The notes under the pieces were generated by a model that saw only the letters and a list, made by a program, of their open reading frames with translations, had not been told where the DNA came from and did not search any database. DNA of 64,000 nt, taken from positions 52,686 through 116,685 of the forward strand of contig DATANV010000015.1 in the NCBI GenBank assembly GCA_036266075.1, given 5' to 3'. The DNA is from Solirubrobacterales bacterium (lineage in GTDB: Bacteria > Actinomycetota > Thermoleophilia > Solirubrobacterales > 70-9). This document shows, one piece after another, positions 1-7,796 of the stretch; the first letter of the stretch is position 1, and each line of letters opens with the position of its first letter. The translations under genes and the position numbers were made by a program.

Positions 1-190
1 GATTTCTGCACAAGTTTTCCTGCAGATGCACAAGTTTCCGCCAAGCTGTGCTACAAAATGCATACGCAACGCACGAGTTTCAGATCGCAGTGCATCGATC
101 TGAGGGCTTCAGTCGAAAGGAAGGGGAACAGGTCAATGGGCTTCCGTAACTAAATCTTTCGCGAACGCAAGGCGTTCGCTCCAGTTTGGG

Positions 191-224
191 GAAGGGCGCC
201 TTTGGGGCGCCCTTCGTCATTTTT
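191..224 (+). terminator. Rho-independent terminator-like hairpin with T-tract
   Basis: Perfect 10-bp stem GAAGGGCGCC (191-200) / GGCGCCCTTC (206-215) with a 5-nt loop, followed by GTCATTTTT. It closes the AT-richer leader at 1-190. Confidence 0.6.
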
Positions 225-417
225 GGGCACTATCCGGCTTCCGCCGGACGGGCAAATCTACGCTCTGGGAAGCGCCTCGCAATGCGGCCACCGAGCTTGC
301 CAGGCGTCGGCCACCCGAGTACCTTGGGCCGTCCAAGTTGCGTTAGGCGCAAGTTTCGTGATCGCGGCGCAGGGAATGGACTCTCGTTCATGAACCTGTA
401 GGCCAGGGTCTCGGCGC

Positions 418-1851
418 TTGCGCGCGATGCCTGGACCCAGATGGCCGATGGATGAGAAGCGTCCCACCCGTCCCGTGATTGCAGCCATGGGCCTAGCCCT
501 GGCGGCGACGCTTGCCGCCGCTGCATGGTGGGCGCCGGAATGCGACTGGAATATCCCGCTGTTCGCGGTCCTGCTCGCCTTCTCGGTCTTCAGCGACCTG
601 ACCGCCGTCTCCACCGAGTCGAGGGTCAAGGTCTCCGGCAGCTTCTTGGCGCTGGTGGTGGCAATGGTCTTCCTCGGCGGCACCCCGGCCAGCTTGATCG
701 GGGTCGCGACGATCGTCGTCGGCTGGCTGCGCTGGCACGACGAAGGGCACTACCTGCTCAACAATGTGCTGACCTACGCCTTCTTCCCGCTGGTCGGCGG
801 GATCGCCTTCATGGCGTTGATCGATGCGGCTCACCTGACCCAGGACGACGCCTACTTCTACCTGCTGGTCTTCGGGCTCTTCCAGTTCTCGCTGGCGATC
901 AACTTCGTGCTGGTCGCCGGCTACCGCGCCTACGTCGAGCGCGCAACCTTTGCCAGTCAGCTGAGGGTGCTGCCGCCGGTGCTGCCATCCGAGTTCGCCA
1001 GCGCGATGCTTGCCGTCGCGGTGGCCTTCGTCTACCACGTGATCGGCATCTCCGCGATCGCCCTCTTCGGCGTCGTCTTGATCACCTTCCAGTACCTGCT
1101 CGGCCAACTGCTGCTCTCCCAGCAGCGTGCCCATGAGCTGGAGCGGCGCAGCAAGCAGTTGGCCAGCTTCCAGGTGGGGATGTTGAGCGCGCTGCTGCGC
1201 ACGCTCGACCTGCGGGACCAGATGACCGCCCGCCACAGCGCCGCAGTCGCCCGCTACTCGCGGGCGATTGCCCAGCGGGCTGGCTACTCGCGCCGCGAGG
1301 AGGAGCTGGTCCACATCGCCGCATTGCTGCATGACATCGGCAAGTTCATCCTCCCCGACCGGATCCTGAAGGCCAACGTGCCGCTGACCGACGAAGACTG
1401 GATGCTGATCCGTCGCCACCCACAGCAGGGCGCTCGCGTCGTCTCCTCGCTCGACGGCTACGGGCCAGTGGCCGAGATCATCCTCGCCCACCACGAGCGG
1501 GTCGACGGCAAGGGCTACCCGCGCGGCCTCGAAGGCGACGACATCCCGGAGCTGGCGCGGATCATCTCCGTCGCCGATACCTACGACGTGATGACGGCCC
1601 GCGACTCCTACCGCGCGCCGGTCTCCAGCTACGAGGCGATTCAGGAGCTGCGGCGGGTCGCCGGCAAACAGCTCGACGCCCGCTTCGTCGAGGTCTTCAT
1701 CGAGCTGCTGGAGGGCAAGGACGTCTCCTTCCGCCACGGCGAGGAGGCCGACTTCGAGCGCGAGCTCGCGCTCGAAGCCCGGATTGCCGAGACCGCCAGC
1801 CCCGGCGTCGACGCCGGCCGCTTCCAGGTGCCCGGCGTCAGCGTCGGCTGA
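418..1851 (+). CDS. Membrane-anchored HD-GYP domain protein (c-di-GMP phosphodiesterase family)
   Basis: Multi-TM N-terminus. C-terminal motifs LLHDIGKF and HHERVDGKGYPRG (HD...GYP). The TTG start at 418 is uncertain (ATG alternatives at 427 and 448). Confidence 0.85.
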   Translation: MRAMPGPRWPMDEKRPTRPVIAAMGLALAATLAAAAWWAPECDWNIPLFAVLLAFSVFSDLTAVSTESRVKVSGSFLALVVAMVFLGGTPASLIGVATIVVGWLRWHDEGHYLLNNVLTYAFFPLVGGIAFMALIDAAHLTQDDAYFYLLVFGLFQFSLAINFVLVAGYRAYVERATFASQLRVLPPVLPSEFASAMLAVAVAFVYHVIGISAIALFGVVLITFQYLLGQLLLSQQRAHELERRSKQLASFQVGMLSALLRTLDLRDQMTARHSAAVARYSRAIAQRAGYSRREEELVHIAALLHDIGKFILPDRILKANVPLTDEDWMLIRRHPQQGARVVSSLDGYGPVAEIILAHHERVDGKGYPRGLEGDDIPELARIISVADTYDVMTARDSYRAPVSSYEAIQELRRVAGKQLDARFVEVFIELLEGKDVSFRHGEEADFERELALEARIAETASPGVDAGRFQVPGVSVG

Positions 1852-1927
1852 CCCCCCGCCGACGGGCCTAAAACCGGAGCCGGGGGTGTTTTCGGCCGGT
1901 CGGCGGGGGCGATACGGTTCGGGCCGA

Positions 1928-2962
1928 ATGCGCGCGGTCACCTTCCAGGCACCCGGCGAGGTTCGGATCGAGGAGAAGGCCGATCCTGAGCTGGTCGCTG
2001 CCGACGACGCGCTGGTGCGGGTCGAGGCGAGCGGCATCTGCGGCTCCGACCTGCACATCTTCCACGGCCGGGTCCCGGTCGAGCCGGGTTTTACGATCGG
2101 CCACGAGTTCGTCGGCACCGTGCTCGAGGCGGGCGCCGACGTCGAGCGGGTCGCCGCCGGCGATCGCGTGCTCGGCTGTTTCCACGTCGCCTGCGCGACC
2201 TGTACTGCCTGCCTGCGCGGCGACTACCATCGCTGCGAGCGCGGCCGCACTTTCGGCCACGGCTCGAAGCTCGGCGACCTGCAGGGCGCTCAGGCCGAGC
2301 TGCTCCTCGTGCCGCGCGCGAACCTGACCCTGCGCCGCGTGCCCGAGGGGATGGCCAACGAGGTGGCGCTCTTCGCCGGCGACGTGATGGGCACCGGTTA
2401 CCACGCCGTCGCCCACGCCGGCGTGCGGCCGGGGGACACGGTCGCCGTGCTCGGCCTCGGCCCGGTCGGGCTCTGCGCCGTGCAGGCGGCTCTCGCCGCC
2501 GGCGCGAGCGAGGTATTCGCGGTCGACTCGGTCGAGGACCGGCTGGCGATGGCCAAGCGCTTCGGCGCCGAGCCGCTGCACCTCAGCGAGGACGATCCGA
2601 AGCGCGGGGTGCGGAGTGCGACCGAAGGGCGCGGCGTCGACGTCGTCGTCGACGCGGTCGGCGATCCGGCGCCGCTGGCGATGGCGATCAGTCTGGCGCG
2701 CGATGCCGGCACCGTGTCGGGCATCGGAGCCTACGCCGGCCAGGCGGAAGTGCCGATGGGCCTGGCTTGGCTCAAGGGGTTGACGCTGCGGCTGGGTCTC
2801 GCCAACGTGATCGCCCACGTCGATCGCGTGCTGGGTCTGATCGAGGCTGGCAAGCTCGACCCCTCGCCGCTGGTCACCCATCGCATGAACCTCGACCAGG
2901 CTGCTGAGGCCTACGAGCTCTACGACAACCGCGAAGCGCTGAAGGTCGTGCTCACTCCCTAA
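1928..2962 (+). CDS. Zinc-dependent alcohol dehydrogenase (MDR family)
   Basis: The ATG at 1928 gives MRAVTFQAPGEV. Contains GICGSDLH and a GLGPVG Rossmann motif. The upstream part of the ORF is Pro/Arg-rich junk. Confidence 0.88.
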   Translation: MRAVTFQAPGEVRIEEKADPELVAADDALVRVEASGICGSDLHIFHGRVPVEPGFTIGHEFVGTVLEAGADVERVAAGDRVLGCFHVACATCTACLRGDYHRCERGRTFGHGSKLGDLQGAQAELLLVPRANLTLRRVPEGMANEVALFAGDVMGTGYHAVAHAGVRPGDTVAVLGLGPVGLCAVQAALAAGASEVFAVDSVEDRLAMAKRFGAEPLHLSEDDPKRGVRSATEGRGVDVVVDAVGDPAPLAMAISLARDAGTVSGIGAYAGQAEVPMGLAWLKGLTLRLGLANVIAHVDRVLGLIEAGKLDPSPLVTHRMNLDQAAEAYELYDNREALKVVLTP

Positions 2963-2968
2963 GTCGAT

Positions 2969-2996
2969 GGCGATTTGAGAATCGCCGCGTTTATCT
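2969..2996 (+). terminator. Weak terminator-like hairpin after the dehydrogenase gene
   Basis: GGCGATT-TGAG-AATCGCC stem-loop followed by GCGTTTATCTCT. The U-tract is poor. Confidence 0.35.
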
Positions 2997-3009
2997 CTAC
3001 AGTAGGGCG

Positions 3010-3486
3010 ATGGGAGCGCGGCGCCTGTTCGCTGCGGCAATCGTCGGCCTGGGCCTCCTGGTATTCACCGGGAGCGCTCAGGCCTGCACCTGCGCTTCCC
3101 TGCCGGCGAAGGCCGCGCTGAGGAGCGCGGACGCCGTGATCGTTGCCCGGCTGCTGGAGGTCGTCCCGCGAGACGCCTACCGGAGCGACTTTCGCTACCG
3201 GGTACAGCGTGTCTACAAGTCCGCTGCTGGACTTCGACCCGGTGCTGCGGTTCTCGTGCGCAGCTCGAGTGACGGCTCGGCTTGCGGTCTGCCCGACGCC
3301 GTCGGGCGTCGCTACGGGCTGCTTCTCAGCGCCGAAGACGAAGCTGTGGCGGGAGAGCCCTACGGCGCTGGCTGGCGGGGAGCAAGCTGCGGAGAGTTCT
3401 CCCCCGGGAGGCTTCGGTCGATGGTGCGCGAAGCGTCGGGCAGGGGCGGGCAAAGGATCGGGGCCCTGGCAAGCTGTGCTAGTTGA
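3010..3486 (+). CDS. Secreted TIMP/NTR-like protein (predicted mature N-terminus CTC...)
   Basis: Signal peptide MGARRLFAAAIVGLGLLVFTGSAQA, then CTCASLPAKAALRSADAVIVARLLEV...FRYRVQRVYKS...ACG...YGLLLSA...C. This parallels the human TIMP-1 N-domain [23 protein letters not shown]...YEIKMTKMYKG...VCG...FLIAG (recalled from memory). Confidence 0.6.
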   Translation: MGARRLFAAAIVGLGLLVFTGSAQACTCASLPAKAALRSADAVIVARLLEVVPRDAYRSDFRYRVQRVYKSAAGLRPGAAVLVRSSSDGSACGLPDAVGRRYGLLLSAEDEAVAGEPYGAGWRGASCGEFSPGRLRSMVREASGRGGQRIGALASCAS

Positions 3487-3506
3487 CTAACGCAGTCACA
3501 GGGACT

Positions 3507-3530
3507 ACTGTGCCTACTAGATGGCACAGT
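3507..3530. promoter_or_regulatory. Near-perfect 24-bp palindrome overlapping the GntR-family gene start (candidate auto-operator)
   Basis: ACTGTGCCTACT/AGATGGCACAGT, with 10 of 12 positions symmetric. It spans the ATG at 3521. Confidence 0.45.
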
Positions 3531-4249
3531 ACGTGGCTAGCGAACCGAACCCGTTCGCGACCGACCCAAGCGACGAGCTGCCGGTCGGCCTGCAGCTCAC
3601 CTGGCGTCTGCGGGCGCTGATTTCCAGCGGCCGGCTGGCGACGGGCGAGCGTCTGCCGAGCTTTCGGCAGCTCTCCGAGTGGGCCGGGGTAAATGTCAAC
3701 ACCGTGCGTGCCGTCTACGCGGGCCTCGAGGGCGAGGGATTGGTGGTCAGCCACCAGGGGCAGGGGACCTTCGTCGCCGAGGGAATCGAGGCGGCGCCGC
3801 AGCTCGAGCAGATCGCCACCGAGGCGCTGCGCCGGGCGAGCGAGGCCGGTCTCAGCCCGCGTGACCTGGCGATCGTCGCCTCGGCCTGCGCGAGCATGCC
3901 GGGGGGGCAGAGCGAGCCGCCTGCCGAGCCCGTGCCGGCTCGGCAGGCGGCGGAGGAGGGCGAGACGATCGAGGTCCGCCACGAGCTGCGGCGGCAGATC
4001 GCCCGCCTCGAGGCCGAGCTGTCCTCCTACACCCGCGACCTGCCCAGCGGCATGCCGACCGCGCCGCGCCGCGCGGAGCCGCATGTCGCCGGCGTCGAGG
4101 AGCTCGAGCAGACCCGCGACACCTTGATCGCCCAGCTCTCCGAGGCCCAGCGCGCCGCGGAGCAGCGAGCCCGCGAGAAAGGGCGGGAGCGAGCCCTGCA
4201 GACGAGTCCCCTCGAGCAGGCGATGAGCTGGTGGCGGCGCAAGTCCTAG
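3521..4249 (+). CDS. GntR-family transcriptional regulator
   Basis: N-terminal winged HTH: LPSFRQLSEWAGVNVNTVRAVYAGLEGEGLVVSHQGQGTFV. The C-terminus is coiled-coil-like and not a classical FadR/HutC effector domain. Confidence 0.8.
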   Translation: MAQYVASEPNPFATDPSDELPVGLQLTWRLRALISSGRLATGERLPSFRQLSEWAGVNVNTVRAVYAGLEGEGLVVSHQGQGTFVAEGIEAAPQLEQIATEALRRASEAGLSPRDLAIVASACASMPGGQSEPPAEPVPARQAAEEGETIEVRHELRRQIARLEAELSSYTRDLPSGMPTAPRRAEPHVAGVEELEQTRDTLIAQLSEAQRAAEQRAREKGRERALQTSPLEQAMSWWRRKS

Positions 4250-5037
4250 GGCGCTTCGCCCTCCCGCTGCGATCTGCCTTCGAGCAGACCGGCGAGATGA
4301 CCCTCCTCACCGCGCGGACGATCGTCTCCGCGATCCGGCCGCCGTATCCCTATGGCGAGGAGCTGGTCGACCAGGCGCTCTTCGTCCTCAAGCTCTCATG
4401 GTTTCCGATGTCGATCTCGACCTTCGCCCTCTGCCTCGGTGCGCCGGGCCTGCAGGCGGCGGGGATCCTCAATCTCTTCGGCGGGCTCGACCGGCTCGGT
4501 GGCTTCTTCGTAGTCACTGCGGTTCGCTTCATCGGGCCGGTCGTCACCGCGGTCGTGGTCGGCGGGGTGGCGGGCACCGCGATCACCGCCGACCTCGGCG
4601 CGCGCAAGATCCGCGAGGAGCTCGACGCCCTGCAGGTGCTCGGCGTCGATCCGATCAAGAACCTGGTCGTGCCGCGCTTCCTGGCGTTGATCGTGATCAC
4701 CGGCCTGCTCGACGTCTTCGCGATCGTCTTCGGGCTGACCGCCGGAATCGCCGCCGAGCTGCTCTATCACCAGTCGCTCGGCGGTTTCTTCGCGACCCTC
4801 TTCGCCAACGCCTCGATCACCGACGTTTGGGGCTCGGTGCTGATGTGCTCGCTGTTCGGCGGCATCATCGCCGTCGTCTGCTGCTTCAAGGGGATGACGG
4901 CTTCGGGTGGTGCCGCGGGGGTCGGGCGGGCCGTCAACCAGGCGGTGGTGATCTCGTTCATGGGGGTCTTCGCCTTCCTCTACGTCTTCACCACGGTCCT
5001 GCTCGCGACCAACCCCGAACTGCAGTCGATCCGGTGA
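4231..5037 (+). CDS. MlaE/YrbE-family ABC permease (YrbEA-like)
   Basis: Motif GARKIREELDALQVLGVDPIKNLVVPRF and a multi-TM profile. Overlaps the GntR gene stop. Confidence 0.85.
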   Translation: MAAQVLGRFALPLRSAFEQTGEMTLLTARTIVSAIRPPYPYGEELVDQALFVLKLSWFPMSISTFALCLGAPGLQAAGILNLFGGLDRLGGFFVVTAVRFIGPVVTAVVVGGVAGTAITADLGARKIREELDALQVLGVDPIKNLVVPRFLALIVITGLLDVFAIVFGLTAGIAAELLYHQSLGGFFATLFANASITDVWGSVLMCSLFGGIIAVVCCFKGMTASGGAAGVGRAVNQAVVISFMGVFAFLYVFTTVLLATNPELQSIR

Positions 5038-5831
5038 TCGGCTGGCTCGACGTGCCGCGTGGCTGGCTCGACGCCTTCGGCGAGATCGCTCGCTTCGGCT
5101 CGCGCGTCGCCGGGCTCGTCTATTCGGGCCGCGTCTTCAAGTTCTTCGGCGAGAGCATGCGCCAGGCGGGGATCCTGATCCTCGGCTCGGCGCTGATCAT
5201 CTGGGCCTTCGTCTTCATCCTCGGCCTCAACTGCGGCGTGATCGGCGCCTACTTCGTTCGCGCCCAGGGCGCTCCCGCCCTATCGGGGATCTTCTCCGCC
5301 TATTGCGATCTACGCGAGGGATTGCCCTATGCCTTCGGCTACATCCTCTCGGCCAAGGTCGGGACCGGGATCGTCGCCGAGATCGGGGCAATGCGGATCT
5401 CCGACGAGATCGACGCGCTCGAGGTGATGGGCATCCAGCCGGTGACGTTCCTCGCTGCCACCCGCCTGCTCGCCGCGTGGGTGGCGCTGCCGGTCACCTA
5501 TCTGGTTGCGGTCGGCGTCGCTTATCTGGCGAGCTACCTGGCTGTGGTCGAGCAGGTGGCCGACGTTTCCTCCGGCGGCTACCTGCTGATCTTCTGGATG
5601 TTCCAGGACCCGCTCGACGTGACCTTCAGCCTGATCAAGGCGATGGTGATGGCGACGACCATCGTGATCGTCGGCTGCTACTACGGCTATACCGCGAGCG
5701 GCGGGCCGGTGGGAGTGGGCACCGCGACCGCGCAGTCGATGGTGGTCAACATCATCCTCGTCCACATCATCGGCATGCTCGGCACGCTGGTCTTCTGGGG
5801 GCCGAATCCCCGGGCGCCGATCGGCGGTTAG
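5034..5831 (+). CDS. MlaE/YrbE-family ABC permease (YrbEB-like)
   Basis: The GTG at 5034 overlaps the TGA at 5035-5037 (GTGA). Motif GAMRISDEIDALEVMGIQPVTFLAATRL. Confidence 0.85.
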   Translation: MIGWLDVPRGWLDAFGEIARFGSRVAGLVYSGRVFKFFGESMRQAGILILGSALIIWAFVFILGLNCGVIGAYFVRAQGAPALSGIFSAYCDLREGLPYAFGYILSAKVGTGIVAEIGAMRISDEIDALEVMGIQPVTFLAATRLLAAWVALPVTYLVAVGVAYLASYLAVVEQVADVSSGGYLLIFWMFQDPLDVTFSLIKAMVMATTIVIVGCYYGYTASGGPVGVGTATAQSMVVNIILVHIIGMLGTLVFWGPNPRAPIGG

Positions 5832-6622
5832 GCGGAGACCGTCGTTGCCGCCGACTTGCCCGGCTTGCGGTGGCGGCGGAACATCTCTGCGACCCACTTG
5901 AAGCCTGGTCGCTCGCGCAGCGGCTCGCGGAACGCCTCGAAGCGCGCCGGCATCTCCTGGTCAGGGGGTAGCGGCGCTTCCGGCGGGCCCACGAGCGGGT
6001 AGAAGAGAGAGGCCGCGGTCAGGTCGGCGACGCTGAACCTGTTGCCGACGAGGTACTCGCCGCCGCCGCGCTCCAGCTCCGCGTCGAGTCGGTCGAGGGC
6101 GGCCAGCACCTTGGCGCGCGAGCGCTCCGCCTGCTCGGCGTTGCCGGCGCCGAAGCGCAGGCCGGTATAGGTGCGGGCGTAGCGGGCGGTGGCGCCGCTG
6201 ATGCGGGCCAGCGGCGGGGGCGCGACGCTGGCCATCACGCCGGCGAAGCGATCGACGTCGTTGCTCAGCTCGAACCAGGCGAGCTGGCGGATGTAGGGAC
6301 CGAGCTCCTCGTCGAAGAAGGACTCGAGGTCGAGCGCCCGCCAGCGTTGCTCGCGCTCGGCGGGATAGAGCGGCGGCTCCGGGTAGCGCTCCTCAAGGGC
6401 GGCGACGATCGCGCTGGAGTCGCCGATGTGGCGGCCGTCGAGGGTCAGCACCGGGAAAGTCGTCTGCGCGCCGCCGGTCAGCCAGAGGGCGACCGCCATG
6501 TGGGCGCCGGGGATCGGCGAGCGGCGCTTGTGCTCGATGCCCTTCCAGGCGAGTGCCCAACGCGCCTTCTCGCTGTAGTGCGAGACGTCGATCTGCCAGA
6601 GGGTGGGGAGGGAGTCGCTCAT
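5828..6622 (-). CDS. Glutathione S-transferase family protein
   Basis: Thioredoxin-like N-terminus (LWQIDVSHYSEKARWALAWKGIEH...FPVLTLDG) followed by a helical C-domain. Confidence 0.8.
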   Translation of the reverse strand: MSDSLPTLWQIDVSHYSEKARWALAWKGIEHKRRSPIPGAHMAVALWLTGGAQTTFPVLTLDGRHIGDSSAIVAALEERYPEPPLYPAEREQRWRALDLESFFDEELGPYIRQLAWFELSNDVDRFAGVMASVAPPPLARISGATARYARTYTGLRFGAGNAEQAERSRAKVLAALDRLDAELERGGGEYLVGNRFSVADLTAASLFYPLVGPPEAPLPPDQEMPARFEAFREPLRERPGFKWVAEMFRRHRKPGKSAATTVSA

Positions 6623-6657
6623 GTTCGTCCAGACCCTTCTGTGGGAGCATAGAAGCG

Positions 6658-6936
6658 ATGACCCCGCTGAGCGATTCCGAGGTCGAGGCTCGGCTCGAAG
6701 AGCACCCGGGCTGGTCGCGCGATGGCGACGCGATCCGCAAGCGCTTCAAGCGCGGCGACTTCGTCGGCTCGGTGAACTTCGTCGCCGCGCTCGTCGGGCC
6801 AGCCGAGGAGATGAACCACCACCCCGACGTCTCGATCTCCTGGGACGAGGTGACTGTCTCGCTCTCGACCCACTCCGAGGGCGGTATAACGGCGGCCGAC
6901 TTCGAGTTGGCGGCGAAGATCGACGGGCTCGCCTGA
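6658..6936 (+). CDS. 4a-hydroxytetrahydrobiopterin dehydratase (PCD/DCoH)
   Basis: The ATG at 6658 gives MTPLSDSEVEARLEEHPGW...EEMNHHPDVSISWDEVTVSLSTH. Confidence 0.88.
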   Translation: MTPLSDSEVEARLEEHPGWSRDGDAIRKRFKRGDFVGSVNFVAALVGPAEEMNHHPDVSISWDEVTVSLSTHSEGGITAADFELAAKIDGLA

Positions 6937-6955
6937 CGGCGGCTGGCTTGGCCGC

Positions 6956-7369
6956 GTGGCGGAAGAGCTGGAGATCGACGGTCGCCTCTCGATCCCACTG
7001 AGCGAGATCGAGCTGCGTGCGAGCCGCTCCTCCGGGCCGGGCGGGCAGCACGCGAACGTGACCGCATCGCGGGTCGAAGCGGTATTCGACGTAGTCGCCT
7101 CGACTGCGCTGGACGCGGCGCAGCGAGCACGGTTGAGCGAGCGGGCCGGGCCGGTGGTCACCGCCGTCGCACAGGAGGCGCGCGGGCAGGCGCGTAACCG
7201 CGAGCTGGCCCTGCAGCGACTGGCCGAGAAGATCGCGGCGGGCCTGCGGGTACCGCGCCGCCGCCGCGCGACCCGGCCAACCCCAGCGAGCCGCGCCCGC
7301 CGCCTCGAGCAGAAGCGCCGCACCGCCGAACGCAAGCGCACCCGCCGCCGCCCCGAAGCCGACGTCTGA
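6956..7369 (+). CDS. arfB: Alternative ribosome-rescue factor ArfB (peptidyl-tRNA hydrolase, GGQ)
   Basis: SSGPGGQHANVT GGQ motif plus a basic C-terminal tail. Confidence 0.88.
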   Translation: MAEELEIDGRLSIPLSEIELRASRSSGPGGQHANVTASRVEAVFDVVASTALDAAQRARLSERAGPVVTAVAQEARGQARNRELALQRLAEKIAAGLRVPRRRRATRPTPASRARRLEQKRRTAERKRTRRRPEADV

Positions 7370-7443
7370 TCGACGATCGGACGTGCCGGTGATTGACCGC
7401 CCACAGCGGTGTCTAACTACCGGCACGTGGCAGACTCGCGGCG

Positions 7444-7794
7444 ATGGCGAAGCGCAAGAAGCAACGCCGGCCGCGGCGGAAGGCCGAGACCGTCGACTAC
7501 ACCGACGCCGAGGGCAACGTCCTCACCCTGCGCCAGTCGCTCAGCCGCGGCACGATCGCCAAGATCGAAGTCGGCCCGGCGACCGCGGCGGCCACCCAGG
7601 ACGACGCCTGGCGTCGCCGCGTTGAGCTTCTTTTCGAGCGCCTGGCGGTCGGCTGGGAGGTGGCCGGCCTCCCAATCAGCGACCAGAAGATGCTCCTCGG
7701 TCGCTACCGGATGGCCGATCCCGCCACCCAGCAATGGGTTCGCGAAACGATCGACCAGCACATCGAGCGCTACATCCCCGAGCTGGCGCAGTGA
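7444..7794 (+). CDS. Hypothetical protein with basic N-terminus
   Basis: Protein-like composition (MAKRKKQRRPRRKAETVDYTDAEG...). No recognisable family. Confidence 0.55.
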   Translation: MAKRKKQRRPRRKAETVDYTDAEGNVLTLRQSLSRGTIAKIEVGPATAAATQDDAWRRRVELLFERLAVGWEVAGLPISDQKMLLGRYRMADPATQQWVRETIDQHIERYIPELAQ

Positions 7795-7796
7795 GC

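Noticed and set aside
2969-2979. Shared 11-mer GGCGATTTGAG between the hairpin after the dehydrogenase gene (2969-2979) and the inner part of the nested palindrome (18810-18820), suggesting a common repeat family.
   Set aside because: The match is short, the surrounding arms differ, and the stems are arranged differently. This is compatible with chance in a 64-kb window.
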